A DNA stretch of 64,000 nucleotides from Rhizodiscina lignyota. Its lineage: Eukaryota. The first letter of the stretch is position 1, and every line of letters starts with the position of its first letter. The stretch covers positions 2,018,453 to 2,082,452 of the forward strand of contig ML978122.1 in NCBI GenBank assembly GCA_010015805.1, written 5' to 3'. The notes beneath the pieces are model-generated. The model was not told the DNA's origin. It did not search any database and saw nothing but the letters and a program-made list of their open reading frames with translations. Below, piece after piece: positions 49,054 to 61,028 of this stretch. A program made the position numbers and the translations under genes.

Positions 49054-51041
49054 GCTCTTCAAATTCTTGTAACTCCATTTTGTAAAGATATCATCATACC
49101 ATCGAGACGCCAGATTCTGCCAAATCTCCATACTCTAACCATTGTGCGTAAAGCTCAGCGAGTCAGAGATACCATTCTAATAACACTAACGCATATGAAA
49201 GTGTATCAAACTACATGATTCCGCCATGTTCCTTATTGCCAGACGCTATATACAGGACCTCGCTCATATTGTAGTCCAGGTCCGACGGGTCACTTCTCAA
49301 GTGGATTTATCGAACAAATGTCTCGAGACCGTTTACCGCATATAATCAGGACGGTGAACATCAGAGTCTCGAGAGATTGTAGCAGGATCTTTGAACGAGG
49401 AAGCATCTGCGATCTCTTGAGATGCCCGAACCTGGCTGGAATCTTGAACGGGCTTCTAATGAGCCTGAATGAGCTCTCAAACATGTATATACAGTATCTC
49501 CCGCCGTCCAGCCCTTGGCAAAAGCGAACGTAATAGCTGGTATTTTCCCGAAACATCGCTCTACCCTGGAGCACATATCTCATTTCAGAGACAAAGTGGT
49601 TGCACATGTGTTCGCCGTCGTACTTATATTCGCCCATCCTCGCGCTCACATTCCTTTCTACCGCGCCATATTTAAGTACCCTTACCTGAAACCGCTATGC
49701 GCATCTGGACAGCGAGTGCTAGAAACGTCGCCAGCAGCCTCTCGCCCCTGAGCGGCACAAGCGTTTGGCGAGAGTCTATGAGGAAGAGCTCTCGCACACC
49801 AGCGCGGCTATGAGAGGCAGGAGGACGAGACACGATAAGATGAATTACAGTATACTACCGATTGCTATCAATAAGGCAAATACACTAGGGAAAGATACAG
49901 TCGCTTTGTGCCGCTAGGAAAAAGGATTCCTTAGATGGAGCGAAGAGTGCCGATATGTCGGAAACTTCCGAGAGACATCGAGGCCACACAGGCTTCGTTC
50001 GGGTCATCTACAACGACAATCAATCTAGCACCTCATCATGCTTGCTCCGTTGCTTCCGCCTCTGTCACGTCTCTCTATCCTGATTATAAATTAGACGAGC
50101 GGAATGTAGACCTTCACCCCTGTATACGTGTAACATAGCAAATCTTTGCATTGTAGAAACTAGCTTCATCATTTCAGACCAAAAGAGCCTTTACTTGCTC
50201 TACGTGGAGATCAATCAGTCTCTAAGAGCAACCAGTGGGAAGGCTACTGCAGTAGCTGGGTTGCAGCATAATAACTCGGTCCTGCACATGTGGTGAGTCA
50301 AATCGTACTGCTTCATTGATCGATGTTCTGAAATCTCAGCACTTCCAAATCCAACATCCAAACTATGTCTATCTTACAACAGCGCTGTTTTCTCGAGACA
50401 GCAAGCACTCGCACACGACCCAGTCTTTGGAGTCAAGATATCTTTAGTGAAAGACTTCAAATGGATTAAAAAGATGCCCGAGGCTGCTAGAGGGAAATCG
50501 AAAAAGGTTATGGGCCCTCCAGCAAGATTTTGTACTTTAAAAGAAGTAAACAGCACTCTGGAGTACAGGCTCCTGCACTGTCCTTTATAGCACCCAATTT
50601 TCATATCTACTCTTTGAATAATAAGATTCATGGCCGTAGGCGTATCTCCTGACATAGAGTGTTGGAGGCTGGTTCTTCATTTGAGATTACTCGTAACGTA
50701 CCGAAAGTTCGGTTCAAAAGCCCGAGTTGATTCCTAAGGTCAAGACGCCCTTGAAGGTTTCGAGGATTACACAAAGTCGGAACGGAATGTTGGGAACCAG
50801 GCCGGCGTTCCAACCAAGTCTGCGGCCATGTCGAAGGGAAAGTCGGACAGCTCCGATCTTTCTACTCTCAGTGTCATGGGACTTGTGCGTTCCCCAGAAC
50901 GCCTATCACAGCGATGATCAAGACATATATATGTCTTCCAGGAGCTTCAAACAAACCCGCTCCAGGCTTTTCTGTTGGAAAGAACAAGTTATATTCACGA
51001 TTGCATCTTAGCATTCTTATACCAATAGCGCGACAAGCAAC

Positions 51042-52539
51042 ATGACCGCACCGAACGAAAAAAAAACTACATGTCATCATCATTGGCTCTGGATGCGCCG
51101 GTCTTTTCGTAGCCCAAGGACTCAAAAAGGTACGAAGCCTGTCTCATTCTCTGCAGAAGCACCGGCTGAAATACACACTTTTTGTGGCCACAGAGGGGTA
51201 TATCCTACAGCATCCATGACAAGACGAATCCCGCCCATCGTCCCCGCGACTGGAGCATGACCATGTTCTGGTCTTTTCGATACTACCCGCAACTGCTACC
51301 CGATGACCTCCTGGCTCGGGCACACGAGGCACAAGTCAGACCATGGTATCGGGCCACGGAAACGGAGGAGATGGTGCTCAGGAATACAGAGACTGGCGAG
51401 GTTTTGAAGAAGGTGAACTCTCCATATGCGGTGAGGGTGCACAGGGCGGGCTTGAGAAAGCTGTTGCTGGATGGAATCGATGTTCAGGTACGGCGTAGAG
51501 CATGATGGCATCTTGAGCAGCTTAAATATCTAACCGACACAGTACAACCACGAACTCGTCGGTATCGAATACACTTCTAGTGGGGTCATTGCCCATTTCA
51601 GCGACGGCACATCCGAGGAGGGCAGCAACATCATTGGGGCCGATGGCGGACAGTCCTTTGTGCGTCGCATGTTGCTTGGGCCACGTGCCGAGCCAGAGAC
51701 CTTTCCCCAGTATGAGATGGCAAATCTGAGCGTGAGATACACGCACGAACAAGGCAAATACATTGCCGAAACCATGACACCACATGTGGACTATGGTGTT
51801 CATCCAAAGGGGATATTCTTCATCATGCTTTGTAAGACCGTCAGCTTAAACCTTGTGTCTCGATATCTAACTGCCTCTGGCCACGCAGACCGAAACGCCA
51901 TTGACAAGGACGACTACTCTATCTGGACGTTTCACTTTGTGATTACATTTCCCAAAGAACTCCCGGGGAAGCCATTCAGAGGCCAGAGCAACGCCAACCG
52001 TCTCAGTGTTCTCAGATCTCTGGCGGATAACTTTGCCGAGCCAAGGCGATCAGCCCTGAAATGGATGCCAGAAGATCAGGAAGTCCCAAATGATTCCATC
52101 AGGGTGTGGGTGCCAACTGAGTGGGACAACCATGAAGGTCGTATTACATTGGCAGGGGATGCAGCGCATGCGATATCTTTCCGTAAGGCCAACATCTCCC
52201 CTTTTCGGATGGACACTAACCATGCCACAAGACCGTGGACAGGGAATGAACAATGCAACGGTCGATTGCGCCCACTTCGTAACAGCCATGGACAAAGTCA
52301 ACGCTGGGGAAGAGACGATGGCGAACGCAGTGAGCGAATACGAGAAGGAGGTTATTAGTAGAGGCACCTACGAGTCATCCCTATCACGACAGCTCACCCT
52401 TACCATCCACGAGTGGGATCGCTTCCTCGACAGTCCAATTATGAAGTACGGGGGAAATCTTGCACGTGAGATCGAGAATTTCAATCCTGGAAAAGGTGAG
52501 GGCCATGCCCCGGCGGCTGTTGAAGTAGCCGCGAGATAA
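51042..52539 (+). pseudogene. FAD-dependent monooxygenase, frameshifted in an A9 run just after the start (or an assembly error)
   Basis: ATG ACC GCA CCG AAC G(A9) CTA CAT puts LHVIIIGSGCAGL out of frame by 1 nt. The remainder (RVHRAGLR, IIGADGGQS, TLAGDAAHAISF/HRGQGMN) is intact with canonical introns. Confidence 0.75.
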
Positions 52540-52722
52540 ATTGATTGCCTCGTCCTCGCAGTACATGCTCGCTGAGATTGCTGCAGCATGGCTGGTCGCA
52601 TTGTAGCTTAACTAGCTTGGATGCAACAGCCTTACTCTGCTGCGGCGTTCTGATTGCATTGGATCGATTCAGTCCCAAGGATGAAGACAGGTTCCACGAA
52701 GCTGTAGTTACTCTTAATGGTG

Positions 52723-55109
52723 TCAATCTACATGTGCCGAACCGCTTTGCCCAATCTGGCTCCAGATATCATGGAGTAAGGAGGAATCCAGATCTACCCA
52801 TGCTGATCCTGGCTCGAATTCGGGGAATGTGAAATCTGGATAGTCTCCGTCAACGTCAGGCATCTCTCGAGACTGGAAGGCGAAGGCCGCGTCAGATGAT
52901 GTGGAAATGGGCTTCGCCGGCGAGCCCGTGGAGAGCAGACCAAGGCGGAAGCAAAGAGAGGATGCTCTAAGGGACTGACGAGTTGATGCGCTCGAGAACC
53001 CCGCAGCGGACTGGAGAAGGTTAAGTGCGGCCAACAACGACTCCCGTGCCTTGTCGAACGTCGAGTTTTCCAAGCGGGCATTCATTCTGGCCTTTGAGGG
53101 ATGTGACGATGACTTTTCAGCCAACACCAGCAGCAGGACCCCCAGCGCCGTCATGAGGAAGTAGTTGTATTGGATCGGCTGGAGTTGGTATATAACAGTC
53201 GTAGCATCCAGGTCGACTAGAATTTGAAGAGTGTCGCAAGCAATATTAACCGCTGTTGACCACATCTGCGCGTCACCAGCAAGAGGTAGATTTGGGGAGC
53301 AAAGAACCGGGCGCATCATGAGGAGTCGCAGATGGTTAGCACGTAGGTAGAGCACCATTCGAATGTGGCGAATCCTCCTGGCCTCAAGGTCTTCATATAC
53401 AAACTGCAGCTCCTCGGGAATGTGCTTCTTCTGCCATTGATCCACACGGTACCTAAAGAACCCGAGCGAGTCCTGCCATTCAGCCACAGCATGTGGCTTG
53501 CCACTCAAGGCATCGGAGAGCGAGTCGCATATCCGAGTCCCGAGACGACAGTACTCGACCATGGCTTCCAAATAAGGTGCATTTGCCTAAAACAAGCCAC
53601 AAGTGTCAGAGCTGACTCTTCGCCTCACATCGTCTTCGTCACTCACTGGTAGCGGGAGGCTACTGTCGACATCCTCATCCTGAATAGCCTTTGGTAGCCC
53701 CAAGGCACAGTTCAACTGCCGATCGAGCACAAAGATGGTCCAGAATGCATTAATCGCCTTCTCGCGTTCTCCTGGATCCTCGAATGCGCGAAAAACCACT
53801 TTTCGTCGATGCAGGCCGAACTCGAGGACCATGCAAGCGATACTGCTAGCGACTCGCCTGGACAGCCGCCAGTCGCCTTTGGTAAAATGATATAAGCTCT
53901 GTCAAGATTAGAACTGGGTTCAATGCGTGTGGGGAACACGTACCACTAGTATGAGAAGATATATATCATCGAGTTCTGGTGCAGGAGACCACATCTTCGA
54001 TTGTACGTCCCCTTGCAGACTCTCATACAGCTTTGTGGCCATGTCGCTTTGGCCTTTCCCTTCCATAACCAATGCAATTGCAAGAACCATCTTGATGATG
54101 TTGATGTCACTCCGGTCCATTCGAAGTGTGTGGGCCTCGGGACCAGCGAAAGAAGTGGCTAGCGTAGTGTAGAGCTCTCTAATTTTCCGAATCAGGTCAT
54201 TTGCATTTCGAATGGGGTGTATCACGCCAACCAGGTCGTCGTAAAGTTGGACAAGCTGGATAGCTCTTTCTGCATCAAGATCTTGTAGAGGATGAAGAGG
54301 TAGGTCAAGGCCAATTGGACTCCCTTCAACAACCTCGCTGTCACGATCGACAACGATCTCACCGTCCAAGATGGAGAGGATCTCTCGACCGCCCGCTGAT
54401 GTAGCATCGACGCTTGTGCCTTCTGTCTCATTGAGGCTCATTCCTGCAACATTGATACAGAACGACGGGTTTGTGGGGCCACAGAATAATGGAAGAGATG
54501 GCTTCGGGAGGCGGGCCCCAGGATCTGAGGTGAAAACCAAAGCACCAGAGCGGAAGCCAATCCGCCTTTCGTCCTCCGAGAAGTGGTCTGCGATTGTTGA
54601 GGTCCGGTCAACTTGATTCCGCTCGCCGCTTTCAAATCCCTTCGCTGAAGAGCCACCGTCGGTTCTTGCTTTCTCAAGAAGTAGGTCGAGTTTTTCTGAT
54701 TGCAATTGTATTATGCGCAACAAGTCCAAAGAGGAGGGGACATTCCTGTCAACCGGGAAACATTCAGCATATGGCAAAGTAGCATGACAACGAACGAGCT
54801 AGAGATCACTGACTGTGAGCCTGAGAGTTCTCCATCATCTGCCATATCCGTGTGACCTTGTTCTCCACAGTTGCCAGCACAAGCTTCGCCAATACAATGT
54901 CGTCCCATATTGCTCCGTAGTTGTGGCTGATAATAGCATTCACCAGGTCGTTTCTTGGCGCATTTGTTGCATGGTTTCTCACCATTACAGCGAATCTTCT
55001 GCTTCCTGCACCGTTCACATGCCTGAAATACGTATAGGCAGCGCTTTCGCGGGGGTTGGTTGCCGCTGGCAAGACCATTGGCCTGGGGTGATCTCCTTAA
55101 AGCAGCCAT
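52723..55109 (-). CDS. Zn(II)2Cys6 transcription factor with fungal-specific TF domain
   Basis: ACERCRKQKIRCNGEKPCNKCAKKRPGECYY; middle homology region EFGLHR...FWTIFVLDRQLNCALGLP. Multi-exon. Confidence 0.9.
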
Positions 55110-56049
55110 GAGAAAATGCTCCAGAGATACAACCTTGGAAACAGAGCTCCGTTAGCTGCAAGGAAGATGATTGTTTGAATATCAGCGATAGAATACCAAG
55201 TGAGACAGCAAAGACGGCGAGAGAAAGAAATACTTCTCGAAAAGCTAAGCGTGAGGATGTGTAGACCCGCAAAGCCAGCCATCCCCGCACGGAGGACGCG
55301 GTTGTGGGGTCATTTCCGCGTCCTACCTCGTGGCTGATCAATGCCAGATTACAAACCAACAAATTACTCGGACAAACCTGGAATCATCACAATACTCTAC
55401 AGCGGAATTTCATATCTAGAGACTTTGGGTTTGTTAAGTGACGCTGCTTGTCGCAATTTCGACTTGGCTTTGGTCGCGGATGCGGGGCTCCGGCCTAGAG
55501 TACATGGAGTAAGCTAAGGCTGCAATGGAGCCTTTCGATCAAGTTTTCATTTTACCTCACTTTACTTTTTTCTAAACCCAGTCAGAGCCTCATGATACGT
55601 ATTCTTGTGAGCAAAATTATATAGTGCCTCGCAAGTAAAGGATGGAGGTCAAATAGCTTTCAATATGATAAGGCGGGTGGCATCGTACGGAGTAGAGCGA
55701 AAGAAAACAGCAAGTTTTCAGAAGGTAGAGTTTCTTCAACTCAATTACTGCAGCATTTGTGATAAGAATTAGAGCCTGGCTCGAAAATTATACCGAGAAT
55801 GTAAGTATTATACAATGCATGAGCCAAACCGCGTTGCGGCGCTGCTATATACAGTTCAGTTCCTTTCTCTCCTGTTCCAACTCGTTCTATAATCGATGCA
55901 TTAAGCAGTACAGAGTTCCTTTAACCCCAGGTCAGCTGGATTCTGTTGAGATTGGGTGGTGGGCTTACCATGTACAAGACCTGCATAATTCAGATCGAAA
56001 GAGTCTCGCAAGGCAATTTGCGGTAATCCATTTCAAAATTTCCTTGCCT

Positions 56050-56484
56050 TCAGATCGAGAATCCTGCAGGTAGGGTCTCGAGAGATTCCCACAGCTCCTG
56101 CATCTTGCCGTCCTTGATGCGCCAAAGATCCATGATCTCGCTGGTGTCATTCGGCGCAGGAGCACCATCCACGACGATGAAGACAAAGCCGTAGTCTCCT
56201 TGGAAAAGTGTCCTTTCGAGGGTGATGTTGACATTCGGGAAGATCTCATTCAGGAACGCTTGCTCTGTGGTGCCTGCTGGAAGATTTGGGTCGTGATTGA
56301 CGAACGTTGGGGAGACATATTTGTTGAAAGCAGCATCGACTTCTTTCTCGACATAGAGCGTTTTCACAAAGTCATCAAAGGCCCTTTGATCAGGACATTT
56401 GGTTGCGCCGTGCTTGGAAGGAAATGCCAAAGACGCGCTGGCGAACAGAATGAGGGAGGCAGGTTTTGCGATTGAGAACAGCAT
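56050..56484 (-). CDS. Small secreted SnoaL/NTF2-like protein (144 aa)
   Basis: Signal peptide MLFSIAKPASLILFASASLA; FNKYVSPTFVNHDPNLPAG and IMDLWRIKDGKMQELWE. A TATA-rich tract lies at ~56561. Confidence 0.8.
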   Translation of the reverse strand: MLFSIAKPASLILFASASLAFPSKHGATKCPDQRAFDDFVKTLYVEKEVDAAFNKYVSPTFVNHDPNLPAGTTEQAFLNEIFPNVNITLERTLFQGDYGFVFIVVDGAPAPNDTSEIMDLWRIKDGKMQELWESLETLPAGFSI

Positions 56485-57673
56485 CGTGGAGAATGTCCTT
56501 GATAGGCTTCTTTGGATCAAAGTGATGTGCGAATTAGATTCTCGGAGCACCACAGACTAGTATATATATATTAATTTTTATTAGCGTTCTAAATGGGTGG
56601 CCGCAACCCCTTAATAATGTCTTACTACGCTACGTAATGCCGCATACATGTAAGCAGCGAAAAAGCGAACGGACTAATAAAAGTTGTACACAGAAGCCAT
56701 GTAGGATTAGCTGCGCAGCCACCAATACCGAAGGCGCCAATTAGATCGAGTTGAAGTGATACGCTGGCTCTATCACACAAAACCTTCAAGATATGGGAAA
56801 TAATAAGCCAATGGAGATTTTCTTCTGATAATGTTCGCAGAACATTACATGACCCGGGTACCTGCAGAGTGATCGGCCGACAAGAAATCTGATGGCGCTG
56901 ACTTTGGACATACGGAGTTGGTAAGACGGCTCCCCACAGGCACCAAATCTGCCTGCTTTTTTCGGGAAACCGTTCGTTGCGTTGTGAGATTCTCGGGCCC
57001 TCGGCTCAAATTGCGGAAACAGTTCGGAGAAGGTCGAGGCCGAAGCGCGAATCATGACTTCAGAGGAATGTGAGAACTCGTTCCCTGTGGTACATTACAC
57101 TACATTGACACTGGACCTCCAAATTGACTCGTGAGATGACAACGAGTCGTCCGTTCTTCGGCTCGGCCTTTGCACAAATATCCCACAGGATGGTCGCAGC
57201 CCATACAGGCTGCGTGCATAGGCCTTTCAGAATGTTAGTCCTCAAGTCTTAAAATAAGAAACCAGGATTTTCAAGAAAGATTCAAGGTTCGTTGTAATGG
57301 CTAGAGCGTGTAGAGCCACGGACATTGTAGATGATCTGATAAGATACAGCCACGTGACTAGTCTTGGCATGTCCATGTAGGATGCTAGATGCACACACGA
57401 ACGTAGACGGCTCTTTAGAGTTATAAACTTTTGTACACACGCATTGAAGACTCGCTCACAGTGCGTGGTTATAGTTGTGTAACTCTCCTTCTTTCTCTCT
57501 CGTTACGTCGATACGAGGAGCAGAAGTAAAAGCCATTACGAGCAACGTTGACGCTGGCGATCTGAACACCTCGATCAGAATACCACTTGAAGCGGAATCA
57601 ACGGCCCCTAGCACAGTGCAACCTTGACTTCCAACAGGCTCTTGAACACCTGTTGTGGGAGACTGCCGCCAAA

Positions 57674-59815
57674 ATGAGCGAGCCTTCGACCCCCGATGTG
57701 GTTAAGGAGCTGCATAGGGATCTGGTGGGGAAATACAACAAACACGCAGCTGTGATCGAGCAGTACTGGCGGAGCTTCGATCAGAGCCAACGAGCACAGT
57801 GCATCAAAGCTGGCGCAGCCGAGGGTATCGTTCTCAAGCATCCTCAGGATCAATCCATGGGCAACGTATACAAATTCATCCCCGAAATCAATCTGCGCGA
57901 TATCACGAATCCTGAATCCGATTTTCTCTTGGAACTCCTCAAGCACCGTACCACAAACACCCTCCTCGATCAATACATGACCGGCCTCAATGGCGGCCCT
58001 GGTGATCACGCCTTCATAAAACAAATGATGGATACTAGAAATCTCCGCCTTATCAATCCTGACAAGAACGGCTTCACCCTTTTCCTGGACGAAGACAGCT
58101 ATGCCCAGTCTATGACAATCAAGCGTGAAGCATCCCAAATTCGGGCTGGGCTTGCGCCTGCCATTAGGGCTAATCGTTGCGTTCCTCAAGAGCTAGGCGA
58201 ATTAATACTGCAAAGACAACTGTATATGCTCCAGCATCTCAACATTGTCATCGAGGACATCTTGGACATCGGCTCGAGAACACGGGATCGGAAGAGGCCA
58301 TCCAAGAAGTCCGATAAAGCCGCGACGGCCGCCCTTGCAAAACTCAGCATTCAAGAGCCAGCAAAGAGCCTTTCGCTCCCTGATCTTATCAACAGCGCTG
58401 CGGACGAGAAAGCTTCGCTTGAAGAGTACTTGACTTTGCTCTCCACGGAACCTGTCGTACTTACCCACGCTGTCAACTTCTGCTTCTTCAGTCGTCCTGA
58501 GCTGCTTCCTGATGAGAAAGGCCGTAACTTGCCGGTCCATACCGACAAGTACATTAGTGGTGCAATGTTGGAAGCAGTCTACAACGCCGTCAAAGCAATT
58601 GCCATCTAGAACTACATTGGTCGCCTCCTCAACCTCTTGGCCTCCCAGCGCGCTCCGGACAAGATTTACAGAGCGATAATTCTCCAGGAAATCTCCAATG
58701 TCTGTCACCTGGAATACGGCCGCGCCCAAGCTCTCTTCAAATGTCATGTTCAAACAGCCACCGGTAACAAGTGGTTCAAGAGGATATCTAATGTATATGA
58801 CAAAGCTGGCAACGCACGCGTGGCCATGAAGGGCGACCCTGAAGTTTTGACACGGAGTGATCCGCAGCTCCACTATATGCTCCGTCTTTGTCAGTTCGAG
58901 ACTGACACCTCGAAAGCCACAGACTGGATGAAGAAGCTGAGCGAACTCCATAACAGTCACCCTGCCGAGCGGGAGAAGCTTGAAGAGAGAGAAGCAGACT
59001 CGCTCAGCGACTTGGCCATCATCACATCCTTCATGCAAGACTTGTCGCTAGCAATATCCATGCCCTCACTGTCTCGCAAGAAAAACCAGATGTTTGTAGC
59101 CCGGTCGCAAGAGCTTGACGCGGAAATGAATGAACTCGAGTCAAAGGTTGATCTGCGAGACTTCGTTGTCCCCATTGATAACCTTCTTGAGCCCGGGGTG
59201 GCATCGAAGGCACTCACTCTCCTAGATCGCTTCATCATCGAACATGCTGGCACAAAGGTTGGATTTCTTTATCAAGATCTGGTCGAGGAGTGCCTCGACG
59301 AGATCGAGAGGCAGTACAAGTTAGTAAAGAACCGAACAGAGCAGAAAGAACCAGCCGAGGTGATACCCACTCCGTCGCCGGTGCCAGAACCGCGAGAGAA
59401 GCGTGTTGAGCAACGCAAAGAGAAAGAGAAGACCCGACCCTCTCATTCTTCTGTCTTCGAAATTGTCGCAATCCCGGAGGAGAAAGGGCCTCTTGAGGAA
59501 GAGCAACCCACAATCCTCAGAGTTCGAGCATCTACAGCCGAGGTCTTTTCCACATTATTTACTAAAGCAGAGTCTCGTGGCAGTGTGAGCTGGACGGCGT
59601 TCGTATCCGCCATGACCGACTTGGGGTTTTCCGTGCAGCCTAGGACCGGCTCTGTGTATACTTTCCTCCCTCCGGAGAGCATGCACGTTAGCAAGTCGTT
59701 GACGCTCTATCGACCTCACAAATCAGAGATTGAGAGATATCATGCCATTGTGTACGCAAAGCGCTTGCGAAGAGTGTACGGCTGGAGTGAGAAGACGTTC
59801 GAAGTAGATGAATGA
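57674..59815 (+). pseudogene. ~713-aa fungal hypothetical protein with a C-terminal HicA-like domain, split by one in-frame TAG
   Basis: ORFs 57587-58609 and 58637-59815 are in the same frame, separated only by TAG 58607-58609 (KAIAI*NYIGRLL). C-terminus: VSWTAFVSAMTDLGFSVQPRTGSVYTFLPP...LTLYRPHKSEIE...RLRRVYGW. Confidence 0.75.
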
Positions 59816-61028
59816 GGATGTGGAGAACGATCAGCACCGACGAACCGATCAGCATACAGATGTCGTAACTTCTAAAGCGGGCAGGCAGAGATATTAGCCC
59901 GAAAGGCGACTGCTCTCCGGGTACTAAGACACTCAGGTGGCACTAACAAGCCATCTTCTCGCCTGGCTTGCTGTTACTGGCCCGTCTCAGCTATGAGTAC
60001 TGTGCCATTCGTGCTTCAGACCCTTCGTCGTACATTTTTTCATATGTCATTTACAATGCAAACTTGGCTCACAGCAGAAGAGTTCCCCACTTGCTTCTTC
60101 ACACTTTAGAATGATCGAACCATGCCTAGCCTTTTATCATTAAGTATAAACAGAAACACAATTTCAGAGCCTGGAGTGTCAAACAGAAGCTGAGGTGCTC
60201 GCTACACGAACATGAATGCACTAGCTGCGGTACAATGAGCTCGTCACACTTCTATATTTCTGGGTTAAGAGCAAGGTTTAAACTCGCGGCTGGTTACGTG
60301 CAGTCTGGCTAGTCGGCCACTATTCGAACCAACAGGAACTTCATTCGAGGTCGACGCGGGCAGAGTCTAGATTTTCAAGAATGACGCCAATGCTCAAAGC
60401 GAGGGTGGAGAGGGTGCTCAATGAGCACTTTGTACGGCTCCATACAACTTACGAGCAGGATATATTCGGCAGTCACGAAAACGCATACTCTACCTTCAGA
60501 CGACAGCATTCAGTACACTCACGTCTCCCATTTCGGCCGGGGATACGGGCCACTGTTAGCGAGAAACTAGGCGAGCGGTGTCGAGAATTAAGCCGCTAAG
60601 CAGGGGAATAGCCCGAGTTCGGGACATCACTTTCTCAGCCTCAGAGGAGTCATCGTATCCTCAGGTTTGCTACTAATTGTGGTACTCTCTAGAAATCCTA
60701 AAGCCCGGCTGAACTTCGGCATAGGTTGTTGCACAGCCTGCGGTGACTCTATGGAGACACCGACAAGTTGGAAGACGGTGCGATTGAAACGCCGTCTGCT
60801 GGTCGCATTGTTGATGGTTGTTGTATTGAGATGGCCTCTTGCTAATTCTCAAGGGTTTATATATATGATGTACGACACTAAAAGCAAACTCATGATAGGT
60901 CATCTCTCAATTCTCTGTTTCCCATTTATCAATGCAATTGGACTTTTTTTCATCGTCTCTCTTCGCAGATTATTGAGTACTAAAGCACAGAGATCGTTAG
61001 TGAGCATAGTGCCAGCTTTTGCATTTTC

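Noticed and set aside
49200..50950. Possible degenerate gene or transposon remnant
   Set aside because: Only short ORFs without recognisable motifs or terminal repeats; cannot be supported without a search.
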